From: Candidatus Micrarchaeota archaeon
GTDB lineage: Archaea > Micrarchaeota > Micrarchaeia > Micrarchaeales > CABMGC01
Direction of reading: 5' to 3'
Length of the DNA stretch: 33,404 nt
NCBI GenBank assembly: GCA_030040335.1
Contig: JASHTX010000059.1
Location: forward strand, 1-33,404
The stretch's first letter is position 1; each line of letters begins with the position of its first letter. Below, piece after piece: positions 1-7,323 of this stretch. The position numbers were made by a program, and so were the translations under genes. The notes below the pieces were generated by a model. It ran no database searches, had not been told where the DNA came from, and was given only the letters and a program-made list of their open reading frames with translations.

Positions 1-443
1 CCGATCGCGTGCTTGCCACCTCCTATGATGTTGCTCACGGGCTTTGGCATCACAGCCTTTGCGTCTTTCAGAAGGTAGCGGTATAAAGGAACATTATGCT
101 CTCCTGCGAGTGCATTCAGCGACGCAAGCGAAACTGCTATAGCGATGTTGCCGCCAAGCTTCGAGAAGTCGCTGGTCTCGTCAAGCTCGTGGAGCAACGA
201 GTCGACCTCTGATATCTCTCTGAATTCTTTGCCGTCGAATTTCGGTGCTACGGTGGTGTTGAATACTTTTACACCCTCGTCTATGCTGTTTCTTGGATAG
301 TCCTTGGCCTCGAACTTGCCCTTGCTTGCACCGCTCGGAGAAGTAAATCTGCCAAATGTTGACGCAGAGTAAACGTCGACCTCCGCGGTGAACTTGCCCC
401 TCGAATCCAGAACCTTGCGTATGGATATTTTCTTTACTTTCAT
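1..443 (-). CDS. eno: Enolase (phosphopyruvate hydratase), N-terminal part; runs off the window edge
   Basis: Manual translation from ATG at 443: MKVKKISIRKVLDSRGKFTAEVDV...PSGASKGKFEA...GGNIAIAVSLA...NIIGGGKHA, matching enolase motifs LDSRG, PSGAS, NxIxGGxHA; not in the ORF track because it is truncated. Confidence 0.95.
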   Translation of the reverse strand, partial: MKVKKISIRKVLDSRGKFTAEVDVYSASTFGRFTSPSGASKGKFEAKDYPRNSIDEGVKVFNTTVAPKFDGKEFREISEVDSLLHELDETSDFSKLGGNIAIAVSLASLNALAGEHNVPLYRYLLKDAKAVMPKPVSNIIGGGKHAI

Positions 444-557
444 CTCAGCCCTCCAGTTTTTTTCTATTCAGTAAGGCATTAATAGCCTGTGATGGACTCC
501 TTTTCCCTGACTGCAAGGCAGACCTCATATCGTGGGTTAAGGAGCAGAGGTTGTTCA

Positions 558-565
558 TTTATATA
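558..565 (+). promoter_or_regulatory. TATA box candidate for ppdK (TTTATATA), in the divergent eno/ppdK intergenic region
   Basis: Matches archaeal TATA consensus, 45-50 nt upstream of ATG 610. Confidence 0.5.
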
Positions 566-609
566 CATTATTCCTCAATCCTCTTTTGAGAACACTAGCT
601 GGTCTTAAC

Positions 610-3279
610 ATGGGGGTAGAAGTCTATCTGTTTGATGAGGTACCGAAGGGAAGCATAACGAAAAACGCGCTGGGAGGGAAGGGTTACGGACTTGTTGAGA
701 TGACCCAACTTGATCTTCCAGTGCCGCTCGGAATAGTCGTAACCACGAGGATGTGCAACGATTTCTTCAAGAATGACAAGAGAATATGGCCGGAGCTCAA
801 GGCCGCAATACTGAAGAAAGTAGAGACTCTTGAGAAACGCGTCGGAAAGAAATTCGATGACATGGACAATCCGCTCCTTGTATCGGTAAGGTCCGGAAGC
901 CCGCTCTCGATGCCAGGAATGATGGACACCGTTCTCAACCTCGGAATAAACGACAAGATAACTGAGGCATTGGCGAAGAAGACTCGAGATCAGAGATTTG
1001 CCTACGATACCTACAGGAGATTCATCCAGCTCTTCGGCAAGATAGTAATGGGAATTGATGGGGCGAAGTTTGACAAGATACTCGAGCAGGTAAAAGAAGA
1101 ACATGGAGCGAAGACAGACATAGAGGTGAAGGCAGACGGCTGGAAGGAGGTTGTCAAGAGATACAAGGCATTGGTAAAGAAGGAAGCTGGCAAGGACTTC
1201 CCGCAGGACCCGATAGAACAGCTCCTGATGGCCGTTGGGGCGGTCTTCAACTCGTGGTGGAATCCGAGGGCTGCGGCGTACAGGAAGATATACAAGATAC
1301 CAGACTCGCTCGGCACGGCCGTGAACATAATGATGATGGTCTACGGCAACTTTGACGACAGGTCAGGAACGGGTGTAGCGTTCACCAGGAATCCGTCAAC
1401 AGGAGAGAAGGAGCTTTATGGAGAGTTCCTGATGAGAGCGCAGGGAGAAGACGTTGTAGCGGGCATAAGGACGCCGCTTCCGCTGAACAAGCTGAAGGGG
1501 CAGCTTCCAGAGGCCTACAAGGAGCTCGCCAGGATAATGGGCATACTTGAGAAGCATTTCAGGGACATGCAGGACATCGAGTTCACGATTGAGGGCGGCA
1601 AGCTCTACATGCTGCAGACAAGAACAGGTAAGAGGACAGCTGCAGCTGCTGTCAAGATCGCGATTGACATGGAAAACGAAGGCATGATAAAGAGGCAGGA
1701 GGCGGTTTTGAGAGTTGAACCTGATCAGCTCCAGCGCCTTCTCTACAAGCAGATAGACCCGAAGGCAAAGATGACGCCCATAGCGAAAGGATTGCAGGCT
1801 TCGCCCGGGGCTGCAGTGGGCAAGGTGATGTTCACTGTCGAGGAGGTGCAGCAGGCCAAGGAGAAGGGCGAGAAGGTCATACTGGTAAGGCCGGAGACAA
1901 CACCGGAGGACATTGCCGGAATTGCGGCTTCTGATGGCGTGCTTACAAGCAGGGGCGGGATGACAAGTCACGCAGCTGTTGTTACAAGGGGGATGGGCAA
2001 GCCTTGCATAGTCGGGGCAGAGGGAATAAGCGTAAGCGTGGAAAAAAGGATGTTCAACGTTGATGGCAAGCAGATCAGGAAAGGAGACACGATAACTATA
2101 GACGGAGGCAGCGGGCTCGTCTATACCGGCGAGATGCCGCTCGTTGAGCATGGAATAAACGCCCAGGTCGCTACGATACTCAAGTGGGCCGACGGATACA
2201 GGAGGCTTGGCGTGAGGGCAAACGCCGACACTCCGACAATGGCGGCAAAGGCCAGGGAGAACGGCGCCACGGGCATAGGACTTGACAGGACTGAACGTAT
2301 GTTCAACGCGCCGGAGAGGCTAGCGCTCGTGCAGAAGATGATACTCGCCGACAGCATGGGGGAGAGGCAGAAATACTTGGATTTGCTTAAGCCTCACCAG
2401 AAAGGGGACTTCGTGGGAATCTTCAAGGTGATGGAGGGCCTGCCCGTGACAATTAGGCTGCTCGACATGCCGCTCCACGAGTTCCTGCCGAAGATGGAGG
2501 AGATACTGCCTCAGGTTGTGGAGCTCAGGCTTGCTGGCAAGAACAAGGAAGACCTGAGGGAGAAGGAGAGGGTGCTGAAAAGGGTCATGGAACTCAGGGA
2601 GCAGAATCCGATGATGGGGCAGCGAGGAGTCAGGCTTGCGCTGGTTCACGCTGAGATATACAGGATGCAGGTCAGCGCCATCTTCGAGGCTGCGGCAGAG
2701 CTGATGAGAAAAGGCGAGAAGGCTCCGGAGATAGAGATAATGATATCACAGGTAGAGGGTGCTGAGGAGTTGAGGAAAGCAAGGGAAATTGTTGAGGAGG
2801 AGGCTTCGAAAGTGATGAAGGCGCAGGGAGTAAAGCTGAATTACAAAGTCGGCACTATGATCGAGACCCCGAGAGCCGCACTGACAGGCGCAGAGATAGC
2901 AAAATACGCGGACTTCTTCTCATTCGGTACAAATGACCTTACGCAGGCGACATTCGCGTTCAGCAGGGACGACGTTGAGGCGAAGTTCATACCATTCTAC
3001 ATAGAGAACAAGGTGCTTGATTCGAACCCGTTCGAAACTCTTGACTGGAACGGAGTTGGCAGACTTGTGATGATGTGCGCAGCAGAAGGCAAGAAGGCAA
3101 ACCCTAAGCTGAAGGTCGGAATCTGCGGTGAGCACGGCGGAGACCCGAAGTCGATAGAGTTCTTCAACACCACTGAACTCGACTATGTGAGCTGCTCTCC
3201 TTACAGGGTGCCGGTGGCGAAACTCGCCGCTGCGCAGGCGGAGCTTCGCAAGAGTCATGCAGGTTCAAGCAGCGTGTGA
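610..3279 (+). CDS. ppdK: Pyruvate, phosphate dikinase
   Basis: LGGKG, PLLVSVRSG..SMPGMMDTVLNLG, QGEDVVAGIRTP, catalytic GGMTSHAAV, FSFGTNDLTQ, GICGEHGGDP; ATG 610 preferred over TTG 586. Confidence 0.97.
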   Translation: MGVEVYLFDEVPKGSITKNALGGKGYGLVEMTQLDLPVPLGIVVTTRMCNDFFKNDKRIWPELKAAILKKVETLEKRVGKKFDDMDNPLLVSVRSGSPLSMPGMMDTVLNLGINDKITEALAKKTRDQRFAYDTYRRFIQLFGKIVMGIDGAKFDKILEQVKEEHGAKTDIEVKADGWKEVVKRYKALVKKEAGKDFPQDPIEQLLMAVGAVFNSWWNPRAAAYRKIYKIPDSLGTAVNIMMMVYGNFDDRSGTGVAFTRNPSTGEKELYGEFLMRAQGEDVVAGIRTPLPLNKLKGQLPEAYKELARIMGILEKHFRDMQDIEFTIEGGKLYMLQTRTGKRTAAAAVKIAIDMENEGMIKRQEAVLRVEPDQLQRLLYKQIDPKAKMTPIAKGLQASPGAAVGKVMFTVEEVQQAKEKGEKVILVRPETTPEDIAGIAASDGVLTSRGGMTSHAAVVTRGMGKPCIVGAEGISVSVEKRMFNVDGKQIRKGDTITIDGGSGLVYTGEMPLVEHGINAQVATILKWADGYRRLGVRANADTPTMAAKARENGATGIGLDRTERMFNAPERLALVQKMILADSMGERQKYLDLLKPHQKGDFVGIFKVMEGLPVTIRLLDMPLHEFLPKMEEILPQVVELRLAGKNKEDLREKERVLKRVMELREQNPMMGQRGVRLALVHAEIYRMQVSAIFEAAAELMRKGEKAPEIEIMISQVEGAEELRKAREIVEEEASKVMKAQGVKLNYKVGTMIETPRAALTGAEIAKYADFFSFGTNDLTQATFAFSRDDVEAKFIPFYIENKVLDSNPFETLDWNGVGRLVMMCAAEGKKANPKLKVGICGEHGGDPKSIEFFNTTELDYVSCSPYRVPVAKLAAAQAELRKSHAGSSSV

Positions 3280-3287
3280 AAAGAGAG

Positions 3288-3836
3288 CTAGGTCCCGTTG
3301 TCATTTACCCAGATGAAAGCGGCTGTCTTCCTGCCGTTGGTCACGCCCCTGGGCCTTGCCACCTTCCTGAAGCCCATCTTGAGGTGGAAGAGCTCTGTGG
3401 CCCTGTTATACGGAGAGGCCCAGCTTCCGGCTACTACCTTCATACCCTTGGCCTTCTTGAAAATAGTCTCGTACAGTTTTTTACCTATGGACCTGCCCTG
3501 CGAGCTGCGCAATACGCCGACCTGGTCAATGAAGATGGACTCAGGCTTGGAGTAGTGGTTCAGCACATACGCCTGCAGATAATTGTGCGGCTTTGTGTAG
3601 CTGGTGGGATAACCCATAACGAACCCGACTACTTTTCCTTTCTCAACCGCCACAAGAAAATATCCGGAATACTTGATTGCCTCCAGATATGATTCTGCAC
3701 GCACGTCTCCCCTCAAAAAACCCCTCGAGGTGTGCTCATTCGTTATCTCTCCGACTACCTTCAACGACTTTCCGACGTTAGAGATCGTTCTGGCATCGGA
3801 TGGTTTGGCTCTCCGGATCGTTATGCGTGCTTTCAT
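3288..3836 (-). CDS. GNAT family N-acetyltransferase
   Basis: N-terminal IRRAKPSD; acetyl-CoA motif A IDQVGVLRSSQGRSIGKKLY; motif B NRATELFHLKMGF; start overlaps the upstream Lrp-like stop (ATGA). Confidence 0.88.
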   Translation of the reverse strand: MKARITIRRAKPSDARTISNVGKSLKVVGEITNEHTSRGFLRGDVRAESYLEAIKYSGYFLVAVEKGKVVGFVMGYPTSYTKPHNYLQAYVLNHYSKPESIFIDQVGVLRSSQGRSIGKKLYETIFKKAKGMKVVAGSWASPYNRATELFHLKMGFRKVARPRGVTNGRKTAAFIWVNDNGT

Positions 3837-4879
3837 TCAATGCCTTCGAGGATCGACTGCCAGTTGATTACCCTGTAAACCTTGCTGGTATCAAGGCTCC
3901 TGAGCGGGAGGTCTCCGATCAGCACCTTGTCGATCACGCCGCGCTCGCTCTTAGGCTTTTCAGCGACCATGTCCTCCTTGTAGTAGTTCCAGAACCTCTT
4001 CATCGCGGTCTCCAGGTCGTCGAAGACGCCTACCCCGAAGAAATCTCCGCTACCTACAAGCTGGTTCACGATCACGTATCTGCTTACCAGAGAATATTCG
4101 TCATCTGTCCTGAAGAAATCCCTCGTCGACCTCGCGTCCTGCTCGAACCTGCTCGAGATTATGTACTTGCCAAAGATCGTCATGACCGTGAACGGATCCA
4201 GCTTCTCCATCACGAGCGTGAACCTCTTTATGTAGCCGAGCTCGACGAGCTTCTTGAAGTTGTAGGCTATGGTGTTGAAGTGCATGCCGGTCTCCTTGGA
4301 AAGCTGCTGGAACGTGGCGCGCGAGTTCTTGTTGAGCAGCAAGAGCAGCGTCTTGTACTTCTCGGGCAGGTCGAGGCGCTCCAGGAGCTCGTTCCGCAAG
4401 GGATAGAAGCCGAGAGGCCTCCAGGCGACCTCTGACGGGTTCCACGAAACCCCGTAGTCTGCGAGGTGAATCTGCAGCCCGCGGTCCCAGTGGACATAGT
4501 CGTCCCTAGACTGCGCGTTTGCGTATATGAACATGTCGTACGAGCCCTTGATCGTCGCAACTATCTGCGGTATGTGAAAGCGCGAGAAGACCTGCTTGAG
4601 GTAATCGTCGCTCGGCCTCTTGTTGAACTTGATGATTATTATGTGCGGGTTGAACAGGCCGAGCTTGTCCTCGTCCAGCTCCAGCGTGTACCTTATGCCA
4701 AGCTCCTTCTCAAGCCTGGCAAGCCTGTCCTTGGCCGTCTTCCTGGAGAGACCGACGCTCTTCGCCAGCTCTGACATCGTTATCCTGGAGTTTTCGGAGA
4801 GCAGGCGGAGCATCTTCCTGGAAAGAAGGTTGTACTTGTCGTTGAACTGGCTCTTGAACTCACGACCAGGCTTTGGCAT
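3833..4879 (-). CDS. Double-length Lrp/AsnC-family transcriptional regulator (two wHTH+RAM-like units), paralog 1
   Basis: Two AsnC-type HTH segments: LRLLSENSRITMSELAKSVGLSRKTAKDRLARLEKELGI and LLLLNKNSRATFQQLSKETGMHFNTIAYNFKKLVELGYIKRFT; RAM-like GSYD motif. Confidence 0.88.
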   Translation of the reverse strand: MPKPGREFKSQFNDKYNLLSRKMLRLLSENSRITMSELAKSVGLSRKTAKDRLARLEKELGIRYTLELDEDKLGLFNPHIIIIKFNKRPSDDYLKQVFSRFHIPQIVATIKGSYDMFIYANAQSRDDYVHWDRGLQIHLADYGVSWNPSEVAWRPLGFYPLRNELLERLDLPEKYKTLLLLLNKNSRATFQQLSKETGMHFNTIAYNFKKLVELGYIKRFTLVMEKLDPFTVMTIFGKYIISSRFEQDARSTRDFFRTDDEYSLVSRYVIVNQLVGSGDFFGVGVFDDLETAMKRFWNYYKEDMVAEKPKSERGVIDKVLIGDLPLRSLDTSKVYRVINWQSILEGIE

Positions 4880-4994
4880 GCTTATGCTTCGCAGCGCAGA
4901 TTTTTTAACCTATTACAAAGTAACAAAAACTTCAGTAAAAGTGGTATTTTTCGGTTAGTATATAAGCAGCCTTTCCCAAGTGTAAGCGAGAAGG

Positions 4995-6230
4995 ATGAAG
5001 ATTCTGACGCGCGGTTACCTGTACATGGTGCTTTCCCTGATTCTGGGGGCGCTCTTCCCTGTAGTGCTAGTCTTTGCCAAAGGCGTCGACATCTTCGAGT
5101 TCTTCATGTTGAGCTATCTCCTGGCAATACCGTTCGCCTTGCTGCTGGTAATAGCCTCGAAGAGGTGGAAGACATTCACTGCCTACGTGACTGACCCTAA
5201 GAGGCTCGGAATAATAACGCTCATAGGCCTGCTCACATACGCGTCGGTGGGCATAGGACTCTTCTACGCAGAGCAGTTCGTGAGTGCGTCGCTGGCCACT
5301 GTGGTCTTCAGGACATCGCCGCTGCTCATGCTGCTGCTCCTGCCCACAGTGCTGAACGAGAGGCTGACCAAAAGCCAGATTGCAGCGCTGTGTCTAGCGT
5401 TTGCGGGCATATACATAGCGCTGAGCGGAGGGCAACTTTTCGGCATATTCGGCAACGCGAACATATCGATCGTGCTCTTCCTGGTTGCAGCGGCTTTTGC
5501 CTATGCGCTCGGAGCCGTGCTGATAAGAAAATACGTCTTCAACCTGGAGAGTGCGATGCTGATATTCAACATGGCCCTCTTCGTGATCTTTGCAGCGCTC
5601 TACGTTGCGACAGGCGTGAACTCGAGCCAGCTGCAGCTTTCTCAGCTCGGGGCGATATTCTATGTAGGCATCTTCACGAACATCTGCAGCTTCTACATGT
5701 ACTTCAATTCGCTCAGGATACTCAAGATGACAGTTGCCACTAACTTCCTCTTCCTCTCCCCGTTCCTCACGCTGCTCTTCGCAAGCGTGCTGCTGGGCGA
5801 GGTAATACAACCGTACTACGTGGTCATAGCGCTGCTGGTCGGGGCCGGCCTCATCATCCAGAGGTATGACAGGGTAGGAGGCAGCTACCGCACAAGGGAT
5901 TCCAAGAGACTCAGGAACTTCGCAATATTCGACGTCACCGGGGCTTTCGTCAACACCGGTGAGCTTGCAATCCAACATGCAATCCAGAAGGGCGGCAGGG
6001 TCCTGGCGCTCAAGCTCGATGCCGGGCAGAAGCAGAAGGTAAACTCGCTGATATCAGACGGTGGACACTCAGGCGTTTTTACAGATGAGCATCCGCGAAT
6101 AACCGAAGAATCCACTTTCGTCAAGGAGATAGTGGGGGCCAAAGAGAATGAGTTCGTGGTAATGAAAGCAGGAGATACTGAGGAAGGAGAGCGCTTCTTC
6201 GAGACGCTTTCAGATGCAATGGGAGTGTAA
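4995..6230 (+). CDS. EamA/DMT-family transporter with a soluble C-terminal domain resembling the GAD (GatE/AspRS insertion) domain
   Basis: About 10 hydrophobic helices with EamA motifs (SASLATVVFRTSPL..LNERLT; FLSPFLTLLFASVLLGE), then a ~100-aa tail FDVTGAFVNTGELAIQHAIQKGGRVLALKL...GVFTDEHPRITEE. Confidence 0.85.
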   Translation: MKILTRGYLYMVLSLILGALFPVVLVFAKGVDIFEFFMLSYLLAIPFALLLVIASKRWKTFTAYVTDPKRLGIITLIGLLTYASVGIGLFYAEQFVSASLATVVFRTSPLLMLLLLPTVLNERLTKSQIAALCLAFAGIYIALSGGQLFGIFGNANISIVLFLVAAAFAYALGAVLIRKYVFNLESAMLIFNMALFVIFAALYVATGVNSSQLQLSQLGAIFYVGIFTNICSFYMYFNSLRILKMTVATNFLFLSPFLTLLFASVLLGEVIQPYYVVIALLVGAGLIIQRYDRVGGSYRTRDSKRLRNFAIFDVTGAFVNTGELAIQHAIQKGGRVLALKLDAGQKQKVNSLISDGGHSGVFTDEHPRITEESTFVKEIVGAKENEFVVMKAGDTEEGERFFETLSDAMGV

Positions 6231-6294
6231 GCGGTAATAGGCCACTTCTCATATTAACAGCAATATCTGTTTAAAATGGAAAAATCGGAGGGTA

Positions 6295-6301
6295 TTTATA
6301 T
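6295..6301 (+). promoter_or_regulatory. TATA box candidate (TTTATAT) upstream of an orphan structured element
   Basis: Archaeal TATA consensus about 25 nt before the hairpin at 6324; no convincing + strand gene follows. Confidence 0.5.
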
Positions 6302-6321
6302 TTGCTAAGCGTAATAGTATT

Positions 6322-6409
6322 GCGGGTTTTGAGTTATCAAATCTTTTTGATACGCTAAAACCCCACCACCCGGAATGGGGTGCGTCGCAAGATGCGCCCT
6401 CTTCTTTTT
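6322..6409 (+). ncRNA. Candidate ~90-nt structured small RNA (long hairpin + ACCA + GCAA-capped hairpin + U tract)
   Basis: GGGTTTT(6324-30)/AAAACCC(6357-63) encloses TATCAAA-TCTT-TTTGATA; GGGGTGCGTC-GCAA-GATGCGCCCT (6377-6400) has three G.U pairs only on the + strand; followed by CTTCTTTTT. Confidence 0.5.
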
Positions 6410-6447
6410 AATTGCTTATTTTGAGAGACAGGGTATGGCAAGCAGTC

Positions 6448-6927
6448 CTAGAGCTCTTTCTCGCACCAGTACCGCATCTCTCCTTCTCCGTAGTAGTTGA
6501 AGACCTCCTTGGCGATCCTGTAACCCTGCTTCCTGAAAAACGCAATGCCGGTCTTGTTCGTCTTGTTTGTTGCCAGGCCGATCTTCTTCCTGCCGAGGTT
6601 TATCGCCTTCTCCTCAGCGAAGCGCATCATCTCGCTCCCTATTCCCCTGCGCCAGTGCGGTGGGTGGACGCATATTCTGAGCACCTCAAACTCGTCGGTC
6701 TCGGGCTTGTCGACCAGAGAGATGTAGGAGATGTAGTTGCCTGCCTTGTCCTTCCAGAGCCAGGTCTCCGAATCGTGCTCCACAGTCAGGTGGGTGAGCA
6801 GATCTTCCTTCGTCTCCAGGTGAAGGAGAGGGTGGTGGGCCTTCGAGACCTCTGCGTCGAAAGCGTGCAGCGAATCCAGGTTTTCCTTCACATCGAGCTT
6901 GCTTACATTGAGTCCGTCTTCGCTCAT
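6448..6927 (-). CDS. GNAT family N-acetyltransferase (RimI-like)
   Basis: VLRICVHPPHWRRGIGSEMM, LATNKTNKTGIAFFRKQGY, NYYGEGE. Confidence 0.9.
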   Translation of the reverse strand: MSEDGLNVSKLDVKENLDSLHAFDAEVSKAHHPLLHLETKEDLLTHLTVEHDSETWLWKDKAGNYISYISLVDKPETDEFEVLRICVHPPHWRRGIGSEMMRFAEEKAINLGRKKIGLATNKTNKTGIAFFRKQGYRIAKEVFNYYGEGEMRYWCEKEL

Positions 6928-7067
6928 GCAAGCACCCAGCCGTAAAGAGTAGACGGCGCGGCTTGCGCTGCGCCGTTTTTTGGAGCGGGCGCGGAATTTT
7001 TAGCTTTAAGGGTGGGTGACATTAAAGCTGAGGAGTCATAAAAGATTACGCTCCGTATCCGGCCCAT
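6928..7067 (-). promoter_or_regulatory. Structured ~140-nt 5' leader of the GNAT gene, also containing a 47-aa leader ORF (7067..6924)
   Basis: TATA TTTATATA at 7094-7087; several stems incl. AGCTTTAA/TTAAAGCT with loop CACCCACCC and ACGGCGC..GCAA..GCGCCGT; leader ORF stop overlaps the GNAT ATG (ATGA). Confidence 0.5.
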
Positions 7068-7200
7068 GTATGGTTATAAACTTGTATATATAAATGCGGA
7101 CCGAATTTGGGTAAAAAAGAGACACTTTGAGGATAATTTGTCGTTTTCGCAATCTACTTCACTCTAGGAACTCCGTAGATATAATAAAAATACTGAATTA

Positions 7201-7323
7201 TGGAGCTAGACAGGTTGACAATCTGTAACCTGTCCTCTATGCATGTGTGCTATAACAGGGCAATCAGCTTGTTTTTTGTGGAAAACGCAACTTCTAAAGG
7301 CTTTGCGTGCAATAGATATGCAT
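7201..7323 (+). promoter_or_regulatory. Structured 5' leader / inverted repeat upstream of Lrp paralog 2
   Basis: GACAGGTT(7209-16)/AACCTGTC(7227-34) perfect IR around ACAATCTGT; ATGCATGT(7239-46) can pair with ATATGCAT(7316-23), covering the start codon; AT-rich TATA-like ATATAATAAAAA at 7179-7190. Confidence 0.45.

Noticed and set aside
444-545. Possible fluoride (crcB) riboswitch upstream of enolase (minus strand ATGAGGTCTGCC...TAATGCCTTAC)
   Set aside because: Lacks the GGxGATG P1 stem and a clean pseudoknot match; resemblance is only partial
2272-2304. PPDK motif GIGLDRTERMF differs from the common GIGLCRTEHMF
   Set aside because: Catalytic His and Cys motifs are intact; likely lineage variation
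6412-6945. 177-aa + strand ORF lying between the sRNA candidate and a terminator-like hairpin
   Set aside because: In-register antisense shadow of a clear GNAT gene, TTG start, no motif; kept only as a possible antisense transcript
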